Part shown: positions 9,044-21,893 of the stretch, one piece after another
How positions within the stretch are numbered: the first letter of the stretch is position 1
Layout: the number at the start of each line of letters is the position of its first letter
NCBI GenBank assembly: GCA_965116145.1
Contig: OZ220482.1
Location: forward strand, 2,255,957-2,319,956
DNA: 64,000 nucleotides
Direction: 5' to 3'
From: Thermoanaerobaculia bacterium
GTDB taxonomy: Bacteria; Acidobacteriota; Thermoanaerobaculia; Multivoradales; Multivoraceae
Translations under genes and position numbers: made by a program
Notes under the pieces: model-generated
The model's input: the letters and a program-made list of their open reading frames with translations, nothing else
Databases searched by the model: none
What the model was told of the DNA's origin: nothing

Positions 9044-10403
9044 ACAGGCGGGCCTCGAGGTCCCGGCGCAGCGGATCGAACGTCACCTTGTCGGTGACCT
9101 CGCGCGCGAAGGCATGGACGAGCATGCGGTGCGCTTCCTTGAGGTCGATGCCGCGGGCCCTCATGTAGAAGAGAGCCTCGTCATCGAGACGGCCGATCGT
9201 CGATCCATGGGTGCAGCGGACATCGTCGGCGAAGATCTCGAGCTGCGGATTGCTGTTGGCCAGCGCGGCCTCGGACAGCAGCAGGTTACGGTTGGTCTGC
9301 TTGGCGTCCGTCTTCTGCGCCGCCCGATGGACGTAGATGCGGCCGTTGAACACCGAGCGCGACCGGTCCCCGAGCACGCCCTTGTAGAGCTGGTGGCTGG
9401 TCGTATGCGGCTGCCGATGCTCGACCCGCATGTGATTGTCGACGAACTGGGCGCCGGAGGCGACGTAGAGGCCGTCCAGAGTGCAGTCCGCGCCCTCGCC
9501 GTCGAGAGTCGCCGCCGTGTCGTTCCGCACCAGGGCGCCGCCGAAGCTCAGGGACAGGGAGTCGAAGACCGCCGAACGCTCGACCTGCGCATGCTGGCTG
9601 CCAAGATGAAGGGCGGCGCCCGCGTCCACCTGTACCCGGGTGTGACGAACGACGGAACCGGCCCCGCACACGAACTCGGCGGCTGGACAGACGAAGTAGA
9701 CGCCGCCGTCGTCCGGGCCGACGCCGGCGAAGGTCTCGATCACGACCGCCTGACTGTCCTCGCCGGCGACGACAAGCAGGCGGGGAAAGCTGACCTCGAT
9801 CGATCCCGGGACGCTGTCGTCTGAGGGCGCCGCATCGTCCGCGCCCGGCGCGCTGAGCCAGAGCACCTGGACGGGTCGTTCAAGAAGCCGGCCGGCCGGG
9901 ATCCCGAGAACCGCGCCGTCGGCATAGAGCGCCGTGTTGAGCGCCGCGAAGGGGTGGACGCCGGCGTCAGCGCTGCACGACGCCCGACCGTCCACCGTCG
10001 CCCCGAGATGTCCGGCCACGAGATCGGCGCCAGCGCCGGGATCGGCGAGGGAGGCGGCGGTGACCCCTTCCGGCGGCGACGAAGCCGACGGCACATAGCG
10101 TCCGTTCACGAACACCATCCGGTCGCAGTCGGCGTAGTGGAAGGGCAGTTCCTCGCCAGCCGGGAACCCGCGGCGCGCGGCCGATACCCGGGGTCGGGCG
10201 TGCAGCAACGGGCGCAGGTGCGTCTGGCGCCACTCTTCGTCGCGGGAGGTCGGAAAACCGGCCGCTTCGAAGCGCTCGATCGCCTGCTGCCGCCGCGCCC
10301 TCAGCACCTCCGGCTCGCCGCTGCCGCCTTCCCGGCCGGCGCAGAGATCGAGATACGGACCGATGCGACTGTCGGCGCCGGTGGTCACGATCCCCTCGCT
10401 CAA
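9000..10403 (-). CDS. sufD: Fe-S assembly protein SufD
   Basis: FNGRIYV, KTDAKQTNRNLLLS, PQLEIFADDVRCTHG; TTG overlaps the sufC stop. Confidence 0.95.
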   Translation of the reverse strand: MSEGIVTTGADSRIGPYLDLCAGREGGSGEPEVLRARRQQAIERFEAAGFPTSRDEEWRQTHLRPLLHARPRVSAARRGFPAGEELPFHYADCDRMVFVNGRYVPSASSPPEGVTAASLADPGAGADLVAGHLGATVDGRASCSADAGVHPFAALNTALYADGAVLGIPAGRLLERPVQVLWLSAPGADDAAPSDDSVPGSIEVSFPRLLVVAGEDSQAVVIETFAGVGPDDGGVYFVCPAAEFVCGAGSVVRHTRVQVDAGAALHLGSQHAQVERSAVFDSLSLSFGGALVRNDTAATLDGEGADCTLDGLYVASGAQFVDNHMRVEHRQPHTTSHQLYKGVLGDRSRSVFNGRIYVHRAAQKTDAKQTNRNLLLSEAALANSNPQLEIFADDVRCTHGSTIGRLDDEALFYMRARGIDLKEAHRMLVHAFAREVTDKVTFDPLRRDLEARLFARLDGSRGNGGAA

Positions 10404-11155
10404 GCCCCTGGGCGCGCGGCGGCGAGACCGCCGTAGCCCTTCTCTTCGAGTTCGAGCGCGAGCTCGCGGCCGCCGGAGCGCACGATGCGGCCGTCGAGAA
10501 GCACATGAACGTGGTCCGGCACGATGTAGTTCAGAAGGCGCTGGTAGTGGGTGATGACCACGAACGCCCGGCTCTCCGAGCGGAGAGCGTTGACCCCGGC
10601 CGCCACGGTCCTGAGCGCGTCGATGTCGAGTCCCGAGTCGGTCTCGTCCAGCACTGCGAGGCGCGGCTCGAGCACCGCCATCTGCAGGATCTCGTTCCGT
10701 TTCTTCTCGCCGCCCGAGAAACCCTCGTTGACCGGGCGCCGCAACAGCGCCTCGTCGACATCGACGAGTCCGGCGCGCTCCCGCAACAACTTGAGGAAGT
10801 CGATCGCGTCGAGTTCGGACTCGCCCCGAGCCCGGCGGTTCGCGTTCACCGCCGCCTTCAGAAAGTAGCTGTTGCCGACGCCCGGAATCTCGACCGGATA
10901 CTGGAAGGCGAGAAAGAGACCGGCGTGGGCCCGCTCCTCCGGCGCCATCTCGAGCAGGTCGTCGCCCGACAGCTCGATGGCGCCCGCGGTGATCTCGTAG
11001 TCCTCGCGGCCCGCGAGAACCTGGGCCAGCGTGCTCTTGCCCGAACCGTTCGGACCCATCACCGCGTGCACCTCGCCGGCCCCGACCTCAAGGTTCACAC
11101 CCCTCAGGATTTCCTGTTCTTCGACCTTCGCGTGAAGGTCCGTCACCCTCAGCAT
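10400..11155 (-). CDS. sufC: Fe-S assembly ATPase SufC
   Basis: GPNGSGKST, AFQYPVEIPGV, FSGGEKKRNEILQ, LDETDSGLDID. Confidence 0.97.
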   Translation of the reverse strand: MLRVTDLHAKVEEQEILRGVNLEVGAGEVHAVMGPNGSGKSTLAQVLAGREDYEITAGAIELSGDDLLEMAPEERAHAGLFLAFQYPVEIPGVGNSYFLKAAVNANRRARGESELDAIDFLKLLRERAGLVDVDEALLRRPVNEGFSGGEKKRNEILQMAVLEPRLAVLDETDSGLDIDALRTVAAGVNALRSESRAFVVITHYQRLLNYIVPDHVHVLLDGRIVRSGGRELALELEEKGYGGLAAARPGA

Positions 11156-11235
11156 ATGGCTAGTACTCCGTGCGGCGGCAAGGCAGCCGCCTGCGGTCCC
11201 GGCAGCATCCGCCGTTCCCCCCTTCAAGGAGAGAA

Positions 11236-12684
<1,449 letters not shown>

Positions 12685-13161
12685 CTAACTGGATCCCCGC
12701 AGCGGAATCAGAGTGGACTCGCCCGACGCCAGCGGACTGCCGGCAATCTGGCCGACGAAGACCTCGGGGCGCGCCATCTCGGCGATCGTGATGTCCTCGA
12801 GAGCGCCCCGCACGGCCCGGTTGATCCGGCGCCAGTTCTCCCGGACCCGGCAGGATGCCTCATAGCAGCACTCGTGATCCGAGTGCTCGCTGCATTCGGT
12901 CAGGGCGATCGGCCCCTCGAGCGCCAGGATGACATCGGCAACGCTGATCTCGACCGCCTCGCGCGCCAGCTCGTAGCCGCCGTTCACCCCCCGGTGCGAC
13001 ACCAGCAGTCCGGCCCGGGCCAGCAGCTTGAGGATTTTGCTGACCATCGGCGCCGGCAGGTGCGTCTGCATCGCCAGCTCCCCGGCCGCGGCCTGTCCGC
13101 TCGACGCGAGCTGGGTCATCAGGACGATCCCGTAGTCGGCTTGCTTGGTCAGTCGGAACAT
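12685..13161 (-). CDS. Rrf2/IscR-family SUF system regulator
   Basis: MFRLTKQADYG, SHRGVNGGY, LEGPIALTEC...CC...C; first gene of the suf operon. Confidence 0.92.
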   Translation of the reverse strand: MFRLTKQADYGIVLMTQLASSGQAAAGELAMQTHLPAPMVSKILKLLARAGLLVSHRGVNGGYELAREAVEISVADVILALEGPIALTECSEHSDHECCYEASCRVRENWRRINRAVRGALEDITIAEMARPEVFVGQIAGSPLASGESTLIPLRGSS

Positions 13162-13228
13162 GACGATGGAGCGTGGTGGACCGGAAGCGGGAGCAGCGGA
13201 CCGGAGGGCGGACCGACAGCGCAGATGC

Positions 13229-13241
13229 GACCGGGACGGTC
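13229..13241. promoter_or_regulatory. Candidate Rrf2 operator palindrome
   Basis: GACCG-GGA-CGGTC about 70 bp upstream of the regulator start. Confidence 0.3.
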
Positions 13242-13303
13242 CTGGCCCCAACGGGGACTCCACCGGTACGGATTCGGGAGACTAACACGGCCCTGCCGCC
13301 GGT

Positions 13304-14464
13304 TCAATCGCCGGGAGCTCCGGTGTCGACGGCCCTGCTGTCACTGAGCAGGACCGCAAACCAGCGGAATTCCTCGGTGTTCTCGAGCAGGATCTTGACC
13401 ACCATCGTCAACGGCACGGACAGGAGCATGCCGACCGGCCCCCAGACCCAGCCCCAGAAGACGAGGGACAGGACGACGACCAGGGTCGAGAGGCCGAGGC
13501 GCCGGCCCAGGAGCGGCGGCTCGATGAAGTTGCCGATCACCATGTTGACGACGAGGTATCCCAGGGCCACGAGCAACGCCCGGCCGACGCCGATCTGGAC
13601 CATGGCGAGAAGCGTCGTCGGCACCGCGGCGATGATCGACCCGAGATTGGGAATGAAGTTCAGAACGAAGGCGACCAGGCCCCAGAAGATCGCGAACTCG
13701 ACGCCCAGCACGCCCACCCAGATGCCGATCAGGAGGCCCGTGGCCAGACTGATGACCGTCTTGATCCCCATGTAGTGCTGGATCTCGTGCATCGCCTGCG
13801 AGAACCGCGCCTCGGCAGCGTCGCTGCGGAACGCCGCGCGCACCTTGGGTCCGAAGGTTGCCGCCTCGAAGAGCGTGAAGATGACGATCAGGGAGATGAC
13901 CAGGAACGACGACAGGGCGGCGGTCGTCGCACGCAGGGTCCGGTTCACGAAATCGACCAGAAAGCCTGGCTCGAAGCGAGAGAACAACGCCCTCGACAGG
14001 GACTCTTCACCGGCGAAGGGCGTCACCGGCCCGGCTGCGTCCGGCGGCAGCCCATCGACACCCTCCTCGCCCTCGGCAGCGGACCCGACCAGCCAGGCGG
14101 CGAGCGGTACGCCCCGATCCTCCAGCCACTCGCCGCTCTCCTCGATCCACTCGGTAAAGGTGGACTGGATCTCGCCCATCTCCCGGGCAAGCTGGTTCGC
14201 GGTCGTACCGACGAGGTAGCCCGCAATGACGAGGACCAGCAGGTCCATCAGGATGGTGCCGAGGACGGCGACGATCATCGGCAGCCGGCTCTGCAGCCAG
14301 GTCAGAAGGGGCAGGCTGATCGCAGCAATGAAGACCGCGACCAGGAACGGGATCATGAGCGCAGACGCGGCCTTGAGCCCGGCCACCAGGACGACGACGC
14401 AGGCCGCGACCAGCAACAGGCGCATCGGCGTGCCGATGTCCCGCCCCTGCTCGTCCCGGGTCAT
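13304..14464 (-). CDS. AI-2E family transporter
   Basis: Multiple TM helices; LNFIPNLGS, GNFIEP, FWGWVWGPVGMLLSVPLT. Confidence 0.92.
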   Translation of the reverse strand: MTRDEQGRDIGTPMRLLLVAACVVVLVAGLKAASALMIPFLVAVFIAAISLPLLTWLQSRLPMIVAVLGTILMDLLVLVIAGYLVGTTANQLAREMGEIQSTFTEWIEESGEWLEDRGVPLAAWLVGSAAEGEEGVDGLPPDAAGPVTPFAGEESLSRALFSRFEPGFLVDFVNRTLRATTAALSSFLVISLIVIFTLFEAATFGPKVRAAFRSDAAEARFSQAMHEIQHYMGIKTVISLATGLLIGIWVGVLGVEFAIFWGLVAFVLNFIPNLGSIIAAVPTTLLAMVQIGVGRALLVALGYLVVNMVIGNFIEPPLLGRRLGLSTLVVVLSLVFWGWVWGPVGMLLSVPLTMVVKILLENTEEFRWFAVLLSDSRAVDTGAPGD

Positions 14465-14467
14465 GAC

Positions 14468-16413
14468 TCAGCCGGCGCCGGCGCGGTGGTCCTCGACCAG
14501 GCCCTCGACCACCGCGGGCTCCGCCAGTGTCGTCACGTCGCCCAGATCTTCGTAGTCGCCGGCGGCGATCTTCCGCAGCACGCGGCGCATGATCTTCCCG
14601 GACCGGGTCTTGGGCAGCCCGGCGGCGACGTGGATGCGGTCCGGCGTGGCGATCGGTCCGATGACGGTGCGGACCTGCTGGCGCAACTCGGTCACGAGCT
14701 CCGACCGCTCCCGGTTCTCGGCCGCCGGTGTGATCAGGACGTAGGCGTAGATGCCGACGCCCTTGATCTCGTGCGGACAGCCGACGACCGCCGCTTCCGC
14801 CACCGCGTCGTGCGCCACCAGGGCGCTTTCGATCTCGGCCGTGCCGAGCCGGTGGCCGGACACGTTCAGGACATCGTCCACCCGGCCGGTGATCCAGTAG
14901 TAGCCGTTCTCGTCCCGCCGGCAGCCGTCGCCGGTGAAGTACAGCCCCGGATAGGTGCTGAAGTAGGTGTCCACGAACCGCTGATGGTCGCCGAAGATCG
15001 TCCGTGCCTGCCCGGGCCACGAGCGCTTCAGGCAGAGGTCGCCGCTCCGGTCGTTGCCGGAGATCTCGTTGCCGTCGGCATCGACAAGGACCGGTTCGAC
15101 GCCGAAGAAGGGCAGCGTCGCCGAGCCGGCCACCAGCGGGGTCGCGCCGGGCAGAGGCGTGATCAGGATGCCTCCGGTTTCGGTCTGCCACCAGGTGTCG
15201 ACGACGGGGCAACGGCCATCGCCCACCACATCGTGGTACCAGTTCCAGACTTCGGGGTTGATCGGCTCGCCGACCGAACCGAGGATCCGCAACGAACCGC
15301 GATCGTGCGTCGTGACCCAACGGTCTCCCTCCCGCGCAATCGCCCGCAAGGCAGTGGGGGCCGTGTAGAACAGGGTCACCCCCAGATCGTCGACGACCTG
15401 CCAGTACCGCCCCGGGTCCGGGTAGGTCGGAACGGACTCGAACATGACGCTGGTCGCGCCGTTGGCGAGCGGGCCGTAGACGATGTAGCTGTGACCGGTC
15501 ACCCAGCCGATGTCGGCAGCGCAGAAGTGGATGTCGTCGTCGCGATGATCGAAGACCAGCCTGTGCGTCATCGAGGCGTAGAGCAGATAGCCGGCGGTGG
15601 TGTGAAGAACGCCCTTCGGCTTCCCGGTCGAGCCGCTGGTGTAGAGGATGAAGAGCGGCGCCTCGGCGTCGAGCCTGGCTGCCGGCGCCGTCGCCCGCTG
15701 CTTCGCGGTTTCCTCGTGGAGCCAGAGGTCGCGCCCCGCGGTCATCGGCACCTCTGTATCCGTCCGCCGCACGACGAGCATGCGCTCGACCAGGTCCAGA
15801 TCTTCGATGGCCTGATCGCAGGTCGCCTTGAGCGGGATGGTGCGGCCGCCGCGCAGGCCTTCGTTCGCGGTCACCAGCAACCGGCAACCGGCGTCGACGA
15901 TCCGCTCGCGCAGACTGTCGGCCGAGAAACCGGCGAAGACCACGGAGTGCACCGCACCGATCCGGGCACAGGCAAGCATCGTGTACGCCAGTTCCGGGAC
16001 CATCGGCAGATAGATGCACACCCGGTCGCCGACACCGATGCCGAGCGAGGTCAGCACGTTGGCGATCCGGCAGACGTTCCGCTTCAACTCCCGGTAGCTG
16101 ATCCGGTGGTAACGGCCGGGTTCGTCCTCGACCCAGATCAGGGCCGTCCGGTCGGGCCGGTCGGCAGCGTGCCGATCGACGCAGTTCGTGCAGGCGTTCA
16201 GCACGCCGTCTTCGAACCAGGCGAAGTCGACCGCCTCGAAGTCCCACCGACCCGCCGACCGCGGCTCGGCGAACCAGTCCAGAGCACGGGCCTGTTCGAG
16301 CCAGAAGCTGTCGGGATCCCCGATCGACTCCCGGTAGAGCCTCAGGTAGGCGTCCATGCCGTCGACATGGGCTCTGCCGGCCGCGGACATCGTTCCGGGT
16401 CTCCGCGGCGGCT

Positions 16414-16417
<4 letters not shown>
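14468..16417 (-). CDS. acs: Acetyl-CoA synthetase
   Basis: [42 protein letters not shown]; GTG overlaps the pckA stop (alternative ATG about 16390). Confidence 0.96.
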
Positions 16418-18003
<1,586 letters not shown>

Positions 18004-18068
18004 CTCGACTACCTCGGCACGGTCAGGAGCGAGAAGTGGTCCCGCCTCACCGTCCAGGCCGTGAACAG

Positions 18069-18143
18069 TGGCTCCTCGGGAGGGATTCGAACCCCCAACA
18101 TTTCGGTTAACAGCCGAACGCTCTACCGTTGAGCTACCGAGGA
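18069..18143 (-). tRNA. tRNA-Asn (GUU)
   Basis: TCCTCGG...CCGAGGA-G-CCA, anticodon loop CTGTTAA. Confidence 0.97.
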
Positions 18144-18187
18144 AGAATCCGCCTCAAGGCAAAGAAGCGGCGGGCGACACGATGTTC

Positions 18188-18217
18188 ATCTTAGGAACGC
18201 TCCAAGCCGACTGTCAA
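18188..18217 (-). promoter_or_regulatory. Sigma70 promoter for tRNA-Asn (possibly also pckA-acs)
   Basis: TTGACA-18 bp-TAAGAT on the minus strand. Confidence 0.65.
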
Positions 18218-18234
18218 ACCCGCCGGAACGCCGG

Positions 18235-19956
18235 TCAGAGGCGGTCCCGGTAGGGGCTCAGCTTGCCCGCGCGGGTCGGCTGCCGCAGCTTGCGAAGCGC
18301 CTTCGCCTCGATCTGCCGGATCCGCTCTCGCGTCACGTTGAACGAACGTCCCACGTCCTTGAGCGTCGACTCGGCGCCCTCGCCGACCCCGAAACGCATC
18401 CGGAGCACGAGCTCTTCCCGCGGGCTCAGTGTCTGCAGCACCGTCGCCGTCTGCTCCTTGAGGTTCTTGAGCAGCAGCGTATCCAGCGGCGAGACCGCGT
18501 TCTTGTCCTCGATGAAGTCGCCAAGCGACGAGTCCGCCTCGTCGCCGACCGGCGTCTCGAGCGAGATCGGCTCCTGGGCGACCTTCATGATCTCGCGGAC
18601 ATCGGCAGGCTCCATGTCCATCTGCTCGGCGATCTCGGCGACCGTCGGCTCCCGGCCCAGCTCCTGCACCATCGCGCGGCTGGTCCGGGCCAGCTTGTTG
18701 ATCGTGTCGATCATGTGAACGGGAACACGGATCGTCCTCGCCTGATCGGCGATGGCCCGGGCAATCGCCTGGCGGATCCACCAGGTCGCGTAGGTGGAGA
18801 ACTTGTAGCCGCGGCGGTACTCGAACTTCTCCACCGCGCGGATCAGCCCGATGTTGCCGTCCTGAATCAGGTCCAGCAGGTGCAGCCCGCGGTTCGCATA
18901 CTTCTTGGCGATCGACACGACCAGCCGGAGGTTCGCCTGAATCATCTCGGAGCGCGCCTGCTCGCACACCGCCTCCCCCCGGCGCACCTTGTTCAGAGTG
19001 GCGGTGACCTGCGCCAGCGTTGTGCCGTAGCGCTCTTCCGCCGCTCGCAGGCGAGCACGGTACTTCTCGATCCGGCGACGATGCAGCGCCCGGAGTTCCA
19101 CGTCGCGCTCCCGCTCGAGCGCGACCTGCGCCCGGCGGATGTCCCGGTCGTGGCGCGACACCTCTGCGTAGAGCTGCTTCAGGATCTCGACCAGGCGGCC
19201 TCGCGTCTGCGCCGTCAGTTCGATCGACCGGATCTGTTCGGTGATCCTGCCGGCGGTGCGATCGATCTCGCGCTCGATCTCCGCGAACCGATCGCCGCCC
19301 GGCCGGCGCCGGTCACGCTGGAGACGTTGCCGGCGGACCTGCCGATCGAGGTCCTCGATCGCCTGGAAGATCTGCAGGTTCTTCGCGATCCGATCCTTGG
19401 CCTTCCGGTCGAGATCGCCGCCGTCATCGGCCAGCAACTCCCGCACCAGGCGCCGGTCGTGCCGCGCCAGTTCATTGATCCGCAGCAGCTCCCTCAACAC
19501 GATCTGGTTGTCGCACAGCGCCTGGAACACGATCCACTCGCCGCGTTCGATGCGCTTGGCGATCTCCACTTCGCCTTCCCGGTCGAGCAATTCGACGCGG
19601 CCCATCTCTCGCAGATAGGCCCGTACCGGATCCATCGTCCGGTCTTCGGACGCAGGGTCGGCCGATTCCGAGCCGTTCCGCTCGACGCTGCCGACCGCCG
19701 GCCGGGGATCGGCGTCGGCGGCCTTGACGAACGTCACCGGCCGACCGATCACGCCGGTCCCCATCGACTGCAGGCGCGCCCTGATTTCCGCCATGTCCCT
19801 CTGCTCGTCGAGCAGCTCGGCCGGCAGACGGGTTTCGAGTTCGTCCTGAAGCACGTAGCCCTTCTCGCGGCCGAGCAGGAACAGGTTGCGCACCGAGCTG
19901 TGGCGCTGCTCGATCGGTTCGGCCTGAACGGCCTTGACGACGGTGTGAAGCGCCAC
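18235..19956 (-). CDS. rpoD: RNA polymerase primary sigma factor
   Basis: [54 protein letters not shown]; downstream of dnaG. Confidence 0.95.
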   Translation of the reverse strand: MALHTVVKAVQAEPIEQRHSSVRNLFLLGREKGYVLQDELETRLPAELLDEQRDMAEIRARLQSMGTGVIGRPVTFVKAADADPRPAVGSVERNGSESADPASEDRTMDPVRAYLREMGRVELLDREGEVEIAKRIERGEWIVFQALCDNQIVLRELLRINELARHDRRLVRELLADDGGDLDRKAKDRIAKNLQIFQAIEDLDRQVRRQRLQRDRRRPGGDRFAEIEREIDRTAGRITEQIRSIELTAQTRGRLVEILKQLYAEVSRHDRDIRRAQVALERERDVELRALHRRRIEKYRARLRAAEERYGTTLAQVTATLNKVRRGEAVCEQARSEMIQANLRLVVSIAKKYANRGLHLLDLIQDGNIGLIRAVEKFEYRRGYKFSTYATWWIRQAIARAIADQARTIRVPVHMIDTINKLARTSRAMVQELGREPTVAEIAEQMDMEPADVREIMKVAQEPISLETPVGDEADSSLGDFIEDKNAVSPLDTLLLKNLKEQTATVLQTLSPREELVLRMRFGVGEGAESTLKDVGRSFNVTRERIRQIEAKALRKLRQPTRAGKLSPYRDRL

Positions 19957-19965
19957 GGGGATCCC

Positions 19966-21786
19966 TCAGCCTCTCGACGGCGGGTGGAGCTCGCGGCTGA
20001 GCTTCTGCTTCTCCTGGATCATCCGATGCAGGGCCTCCGTGTTGCCTTCACGATCTGCACGTTTGATCTCCCGGACGAGCAGTTGGAGCCGCTGTCGGGC
20101 GAACCGTCGAGCCAGCTCCGAGAGGCTGACCGCGAGCTCCTCCGACTCCCCCGACTCGGACGCCTCCGACTCGGACGCCGGTGAAGGTTCTAGCAAAAGG
20201 CCGGCGAGCCGGTCAACCGGTCGAGCGGTCTCGTTCTCCATGCTGCCGCCGCGCCCGAGGACATTGACCAGCTCGTCGGAATCGATGCGCTCCGAGCCGG
20301 CCTGCGCCTGGTCGAGCATGGCGCGATAGACGGCGCGAAGGGCCGGATCGAAGAACACCTCGGGAGCCGGCCACTCGAACCCGCCGAGTTCCGGGGCGGC
20401 GGCGATCAGACGCAGCACCTGCTCCTCGATCGACGAGGTCACTGCAGCGCTCGAACCGGTCGAGCGGCCGGGCGACTCGGCGGCAGCCTGCGGGTCCGCG
20501 GCCGCGGCGGACTCCTGCAGCAGCACCTCGACCCGGACGCCGAGGCGGTCGGCCGCGGCCTCGTAGTAGCCCCTTCGCACGATCGGGTCGTCGACCCGGT
20601 CGATCAGGGTGCGCACCCGCGCCGCCTCGCGCGCCCGCAGCCGCGGGTCGAGCTCGCCCCGGCCGGGCAGATCGTCCAGCTCGAGCGCCACGGCATCCCG
20701 GGCCTCCGCAACCGTCCTGCGCACGGCTTCGGGCCCCTCGTCGAGCCGCAGGGAGTCCGGGTCCTGGCCGGCCGGAAAGCGCGCCCGCCGGACGTTGAGC
20801 CCGGCGCCCAGCAGCAGGGCCGCCGCCTTGCGCGCCGCCTCGATGCCGGCCCGGTCGCCGTCGTAGCCCAGAATCACCTCGTCGGTATAGCGGGACAACA
20901 GCCGCACCTGCTGCCCGGTAAGCGCCGTTCCCATGCTCGCGACCGCCCAGTCGATACCGGAGGCCGCCGCCCCCAGCACATCGAAGTAGCCTTCGACCAG
21001 GAGCACCCGGCCCTGCTCCCGGATGCTGCGGCGGGCAGTGTCCAGTCCGTAGAGCAGGGCGCCCTTGCGGAAGTGATCCGTCTCGCTGGTGTTGATGTAC
21101 TTCGCCCTGTCGTCGCCCAGGGTGCGGCCGCCGAACGCCAGCACGCGGCCCGAGGGCGACCGGATGGGGAACATCAGCCGGTTGCGGAACCGGTCGTAGG
21201 GACGGTCCGGCGCCTTCTGGCTGCGCGCGATCAGCCCCGCGGCTTCAAGGGCGGGAACCGGTATGCGCTGGCCCAGCTCCTCGACCAGCGTCCGCCAGTC
21301 GTCGGGGGCATAGCCGATGCCGAACCGGGCGACCAGCTCCGGAGGCGCCTTGCGCCGCTTCAGGTACTGCCCGGGCAGCGGCTCCGTCCGCAGCCTGGCC
21401 CGGAAGAAGTCGTGCGCGGCGTCAAGCGCGGCCTGGATGCGCTCGGAACGGTCGGGGCGGCCGTCGGCGCCGGGTCCGCCAGGCCGCTGCACGGGGATCC
21501 CGTAGCGGTCGGCGAGATGCTCGATCGCGGTGGCGAAGGGGTCGCCGGTGAGTTCCATGTGCAGACGCAAGGCGTCGCCGCCGGCGCCGCAGCCGAAGCA
21601 GTGGTAGAGCTTGAGCTCGGGATCGAGTGACAGCGAAGGCGTCTTCTCCTTGTGGAAGGGGCAGAGCGCCACGAAGCGCTGGCCGCGCCGCTCCACCTTC
21701 GTGTACTCGCTGGCGATCTCGACGATGTCGATCGCCTCGCGCACCGCGTCCACCACCTGGTCCGTGAGCCTGACACGCCGCTGCAC
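19966..21786 (-). CDS. dnaG: DNA primase
   Basis: CPFH...CFGC zinc finger, FRNRLMFPI, KYINT, VEGYFD, DGDRAG, DPD. Confidence 0.97.
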   Translation of the reverse strand: MQRRVRLTDQVVDAVREAIDIVEIASEYTKVERRGQRFVALCPFHKEKTPSLSLDPELKLYHCFGCGAGGDALRLHMELTGDPFATAIEHLADRYGIPVQRPGGPGADGRPDRSERIQAALDAAHDFFRARLRTEPLPGQYLKRRKAPPELVARFGIGYAPDDWRTLVEELGQRIPVPALEAAGLIARSQKAPDRPYDRFRNRLMFPIRSPSGRVLAFGGRTLGDDRAKYINTSETDHFRKGALLYGLDTARRSIREQGRVLLVEGYFDVLGAAASGIDWAVASMGTALTGQQVRLLSRYTDEVILGYDGDRAGIEAARKAAALLLGAGLNVRRARFPAGQDPDSLRLDEGPEAVRRTVAEARDAVALELDDLPGRGELDPRLRAREAARVRTLIDRVDDPIVRRGYYEAAADRLGVRVEVLLQESAAAADPQAAAESPGRSTGSSAAVTSSIEEQVLRLIAAAPELGGFEWPAPEVFFDPALRAVYRAMLDQAQAGSERIDSDELVNVLGRGGSMENETARPVDRLAGLLLEPSPASESEASESGESEELAVSLSELARRFARQRLQLLVREIKRADREGNTEALHRMIQEKQKLSRELHPPSRG

Positions 21787-21893
21787 GATCGCTTCATCCT
21801 ACCCCCCGGGGGCGCGTACCCTGCCGGTTTCCTGCTGTGGTCACGGATCCCGTCACTCGAGCAGAGCTGCGGGTCGGGCAGGTCGAAGCGCGG

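Noticed and set aside
11156-11235. CTAG and hairpin in the sufB-sufC spacer as another family A copy
   Set aside because: Only CGGCAAGGC is shared; too little similarity to assign
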